A stretch of 64,000 bases of DNA from Eledone cirrhosa (lineage: Eukaryota). Under the pieces are notes generated by a model. It was not told the DNA's origin. It searched no databases and saw only the letters and a list, made by a program, of their open reading frames with translations. The stretch spans positions 2,232,001-2,296,000 of the forward strand of contig OZ024759.1 of the NCBI GenBank assembly GCA_964016885.1, in the 5' to 3' direction. Shown piece after piece: positions 58,571-64,000 of the stretch (the first letter of the stretch is position 1; the number at the start of each line of letters is the position of its first letter). Made by a program: the position numbers and the translations under genes.

Positions 58571-61500
58571 ATTAGTAACATGACAAAGTCTATATTAGTA
58601 ACATGACACAGTCTATATTAGTAGCATGACAAAGTCTATATTAGTAACATGACAAAGTCTATATTAGTAGCATGACACAGTCTATATTAGTAACATGACA
58701 AAGTCTATATTAGTAACATGACAGTCTATATTAGTAACATGACACAGTCTATATTAGTAACATGACACAGTCTATATTAGTAGCATGACAAAGTCTATAT
58801 TAGTAACATGACAAAGTCTATATTAGTAACATGACACAGTCTATGTTAGTAACATGACAAAGTCTATATTAGTAACATGACAAAGTCTATATTAGTAACA
58901 TGACAAAGTCTATATTAGTAACATGACACAGTCTATATTAGTAACATGACAGTCTATATTAGTAACATGACAGTCTACATTAGTAACATGACACAGTCTA
59001 TATTAGTAACATGACAAAGTCGATATTAGTAACATGACACAGTCTATATTAGTAACATGACACAGTCTATATTAGTAGCATGACAAAGTCTATGTTAGTA
59101 ACATGACACAGTCTATATTAGTAGCATCACACAGTCTATATTAGTAACATGACAAAGTCTATATTAGTAACATGACAAAGTATATATTAGTAACATGACA
59201 AAGTCTATATTAGTAACATGACACAGTCTATATTAGTAGCATGACAAAGTCTATATTAGTAACATGACAAAGTCTATATTAGTAGCATGACACAGTCTAT
59301 ATTAGTAACATGACAAAGTCTATATTAGTAACATGACAGTCTATATTAGTAACATGACACAGTCTATATTAGTAACATGACACAGTCTATATTAGTAACA
59401 TGAGACAGTCTATATTAGTAACATGACAAAGTCTATATTAGTAACATGACACAGTCTATATTAGTAACATGACACAGTCTATATTAGTAACATGACAAAG
59501 TCTATATTAGTAACATGACACAGTCTATATTAGTAACATGACACAGTCTATATTAGTAGCATGACAAAGTCTATGTTAGTAACATGACACAGTCTATATT
59601 AGTAGCATCACACAGTCTATATTAGTAACATGACAAAGTCTATATTAGTAACATGACAAAGTTTATATTAGTAACATGACAAAGTCTATATTAGTAACAT
59701 GACAAAGTCTATATTAGTAACATGACAGTCTATATTAGTAACATGACACAGTCTATATTAGTAACATGACACAGTCTATATTAGTAACATGACAAAGTCT
59801 ATATTAGTAACATGACAATGTCTATATTAGTAACATGACACAGTCTATATTAGTAGCATGACAAAGTCTATATTAGTAACATGACACAGTCTATATTAGT
59901 AGCATGACACAGTCTATATTAGTAACATGACAAAGTCTATATTAGTAACATGACAAAGTCTATATTAGTAACATGACAAAGTCTATATTAGTAACATGAC
60001 AAAGTCTATATTAGTAGCATGACAACGTCTATATTAGTAACATGACAAAGTCTATATTAGTAACATGACAAAGTCTATGTTAGTAACATGACAAAGTCTA
60101 TATTAGTAACATGACAAAGTCTATATTAGTAACATGACAAAGTCTATATTAGTAACATGACACAGTCTATATTAGTAACATGACAGTCTATATTAGTAAC
60201 ATGACAGTCTACATTAGTAACATGACACAGTCTATATTAGTAACATGACAAAGTCGATATTAGTAACATGACAATGTCTATATTAGTAACATGACAAAGT
60301 CTATATTAGTAACATGACAAAGTCTATATTAGTAACATGACACAGTCTATATTAGTAGCATGACAAAGTCTATATTAGTAACATGACAAAGTCTATATTA
60401 GTAGCATGACACAGTCTATATTAGTAACATGACAAAGTCTATATTAGTAACATGACAGTCTATATTAGTAACATGACACAGTCTATATTAGTAACATGAC
60501 ACAGTCTATATTAGTAACATGAGACAGTCTATATTAGTAACATGACAAAGTCTATATTAGTAACATGACACAGTCTATATTAGTAACATGACACAGTCTA
60601 TATTAGTAACATGACAAAGTCTATATTAGTAACATGACACAGTCTATATTAGTAACATGACACAGTCTATATTAGTAGCATGACAAAGTCTATGTTAGTA
60701 ACATGACACAGTCTATATTAGTAGCATCACACAGTCTATATTAGTAACATGACAAAGTCTATATTAGTAACATGACAAAGTCTATATTAGTAACATGACA
60801 AAGTCTATATTAGTAACATGACAAAGTCTATATTAGTAACATGACAGTCTATATTAGTAACATGACACAGTCTATATTAGTAACATGACACAGTCTATAT
60901 TAGTAACATGACAAAGTCTATATTAGTAACATGACAAAGTCTATATTAGTAACATGACACAGTCTATATTAGTAGCATGACAAAGTCTATATTAGTAACA
61001 TGACACAGTCTATATTAGTAGCATGACACAGTCTATATTAGTAACATGACAAAGTCTATATTAGTAACATGACAAAGTCTATATTAGTAGCATGACAAAG
61101 TCTATATTAGTAACATGACAAAGTCTATATTAGTAACATGACACAGTCTATATTAGTAACATGACAAAGTCTATATTAGTAACATGACAAAGTCTATATT
61201 AGTAACATGACAAAGTCTATATTAGTAACATGACAAAGTCTATATTAGTAGCATGACAAAGTCTATATTAGTAACATGACACAGTCTATATTAGTAACAT
61301 GACAGTCTATATTAGTAACATGACAGTCTACATTAGTAACATGACACAGTCTATATTAGTAACATGACAAAGTCGATATTAGTAACATGACAATGTCTAT
61401 ATTAGTAACATGACAAAGTCTATATTAGTAACATGACACAGTCTATATTAGTAACATGACAAAGTCTATATTAGTAACATGGCAAAGTCTATATTATAAC

Positions 61501-64000
61501 ATGACAAAGTCTATATTAGTAACATGACAAAGTCTATATTAGTAACATGACACAGTCTATATTAGTAACATGACAAAGTCTATATTAGTAACATGACAAA
61601 GTCTATATTAGTAACATGACAAAGTCTATATTAGTAACATGACAAAGTCTATATTAGTAACATGACAAAATCTATATTAGTAGCATGACAAAGTCTATAT
61701 TAGTAACATGACAAAGTCTATATTAGTAACATGACAAAGTCTATATTAGTAACATGACACAGTCTATATTAGTAACATGACAAAGTCTATATTAGTAGCA
61801 TGACAAAGTCTATATTAGTAACATGACAAAGTCTATATTAGTAACATAACAAAGTCTATATTAGTAACATGACACAGTCTATATTAGTAACATGACAAAG
61901 TCTATATTAGTAGCATGACAAAGTCTATATTAGTAACATGACAAAGTCTATATTAGTAACATGACAAAGTCTATATTAGTAACATGACACAGTCTATATT
62001 AGTAACATGACAGTCTATATTAGTAACATGACAGTCTACATTAGTAACATGACACAGTCTATATTAGTAACATGACAAAGTCGATATTAGTAACATGACA
62101 ATGTCTATATTAGTAACATGACAAAGTCTATATTAGTAACATGACAAAGTCTATATTAGTAACATGACAAAGTCTATATTAGTAACATGACACAGTCTAT
62201 ATTAGTAACATGACAAAGTCTATATTAGTAGCATGACAAAGTCTATATTAGTAACATGACAAAGTCTATATTAGTAACATGACAAAGTCTATATTAGTAA
62301 CATGACAAAGTCTATATTAGTAACATGACAAAGTCTATATTAGTAACATGACACAGTCTATATTAGTAACATGACAGTCTATATTAGTAACATGACAGTC
62401 TACATTAGTAACATGACACAGTCTATATTAGTAACATGACAAAGTCGATATTAGTAACATGACAATGTCTATATTAGTAACATGACAAAGTCTATATTAG
62501 TAACATGACAAAGTCTATATTAGTAACATGACAAAGTCTATATTAGTAACATGACAAAGTCTGTATTAGTAACATGACATAGTCTATATTAGTAACATGA
62601 CACAGTCTATATTAGTAACATGACAAAGTCTATATTAGTAGCATGACAAAGTCTGTATTAGTAACATGACAGTCTATATTAGTAACATGACAAAGTCTAT
62701 ATTAGTAACATGACAAAGTCTATATTAGTAGCATGACAAAGTCTATATTAGTAATATGACAAAGTCTATATTAGTAACATGACAAAGTCTATATTAGTAA
62801 CATGACACAGTCTATATTAGTAACATGACAAAGTCTATATTAGTAGCATGACAAAGTCTATATTAGTAACATGACAAAGTCTATATTAGTAACATGACAA
62901 AGTCTATATTAGTAACATGACAAAGTCTATATTAGTAACATGACAAAGTCTATATTAGTAACATGACAAAGTCTATATTAGTAACATGACACAGTCTATA
63001 TTAGTAACATGACAGTCTATATTAGTAACATGACAGTCTACATTAGTAACATGACACAGTCTATATCAGTAACATGACAAAGTCGATATTAGTAACATGA
63101 CAATGTCTATATTAGTAACATGACAAAGTCTATATTAGTAACATGACAAAGTCTATATTAGTAGCATGACAAAGTCTATATTAGTAACATGACAAAGTCT
63201 ATATTAGTAACATGACAAAGTCTATATTAGTAACATGACACAGTCTATATTAGTAACATGACAAAGTCTATATTAGTAGCATGACAAAGTCTATATTAGT
63301 AACATGACAAAGTCTATATTAGTAACATGACAAAGTCTATATTAGTAACATGACAAAGTCTATATTAGTAACATGACAAAGTCTATATTAGTAACATGAC
63401 ACAGTCTATATTAGTAACATGACAGTCTATATTAGTAACATGACAGTCTACATTAGTAACATGACACAGTCTATATTAGTAACATGACACAGTCTATATT
63501 AGTAGCATGACAAAGTCTATATTAGTAACATGACACAGTCTATATTAGTAGCATGACACAGTCTATATTAGTAACATGACAAAGTCTATATTAGTAACAT
63601 GACAAAGTCTATATTAGTAACATGACAAAGTCTATATTAGTAACATGACAAAGTCTATATTAGTAGAATGACAAAGTCTATATTAGTAACATGACAAAGT
63701 CTATATTAGTAACATGGCAAAGTCTATATTAGTAACATGACAAAGTCTATATTAGTAACATGACACAGTCTATATTAGTAGCATGACAAAGTCTATATTA
63801 GTAACATGACAAAGTCTATATTAGTAGCATGACAAAGTCTGTATTAGTAACATGACAGTCTATATTAGTAACATGACAAAGTCTATATTAGTAACATGAC
63901 AAAGTCTATATTAGTAGCATGACAAAGTCTATATTAGTAATATGACAAAGTCTATATTAGTAACATGACAAAGACTATATTAGTAACATGACACAGTCTA

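Larger units (their letters stand above)
1..64000. repeat. 23-bp tandem satellite array, consensus TGACAAAGTCTATATTAGTAACA, about 2,800 head-to-tail monomers, extending beyond both window edges
   Basis: The monomer is read directly throughout the window with no interruption or inversion. Most units differ from consensus by 0-2 changes. The commonest variants are AAA>ACA, AAC>AGC and the 21-bp unit TGACAGTCTATATTAGTAACA. Copy number is estimated as 64000/~22.8. Confidence 0.99.

Noticed and set aside
1-64000. CRISPR array (repeat length about 23 bp with a weak dyad)
   Set aside because: The repeats are directly adjacent, with no unique spacers, no leader and no cas genes.
1-64000. Long repetitive protein-coding gene
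   Set aside because: The plus strand carries TGA, TAG and TAA and the minus strand TAA and TAG in each monomer. Because 23 is not a multiple of 3, all six frames close within a few monomers.
1-64000. Telomerase-made telomeric repeat (Candida albicans also has a 23-bp unit)
   Set aside because: The sequence does not resemble the yeast long telomeric repeats I know and has no G-rich strand (3 G and 3 C per monomer). Variants are inherited in kb-scale duplicated blocks rather than re-templated, and the array is far longer than such telomeres.
63807-64000. Window end nearly matches window start (1-194), suggesting a circle or terminal repeat
   Set aside because: The same variant block occurs about a dozen times internally, and the end copy has a mismatch (AAAGACTAT near 63974). 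The window edges are arbitrary.
1-64000. Pure technical concatemer (rolling-circle, MDA or adapter artefact) or synthetic data-encoding DNA
   Set aside because: Nested duplications with shared and private mutations of different apparent ages fit biological satellite evolution, and the monomer is not an adapter I recognise. Local assembly errors remain possible.
1-64000. Plasmid or phage iteron array (replication origin)
   Set aside because: Iteron clusters contain a few to tens of repeats beside a rep gene, whereas here there are thousands of copies and no gene.

Overview
The whole 64-kb window is one uninterrupted head-to-tail tandem array (satellite/minisatellite DNA). The 23-bp consensus monomer is TGACAAAGTCTATATTAGTAACA (26% GC), with roughly 2,800 copies, all in the same orientation. 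I found no genes, RNA genes, transposons, CRISPR spacers or unique sequence, and both array ends lie outside the window. The information is in the order of monomer variants: ACA for AAA, AGC for AAC, a 21-bp deletion unit, and rarer TAC, CGA, AAT, GGC, GAG, TATGTT, CATCAC and TTT units. These recur in fixed cassettes and form nested higher-order repeats. Periods measured by hand from rare marker bases are 161, 364, 367, 619/1259, 797, 1742, 1807, about 3.3-3.6 kb, 4392, a very recent 10,073-bp tandem duplication (3563+6510), and an older collinear paralogy at about 40-45 kb offset between the left and right parts. This is most consistent with eukaryotic heterochromatic, centromeric or subtelomeric satellite evolving by repeated segmental duplication. 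The organism and any function cannot be determined from the sequence, and I found no support for a novel protein-coding system.
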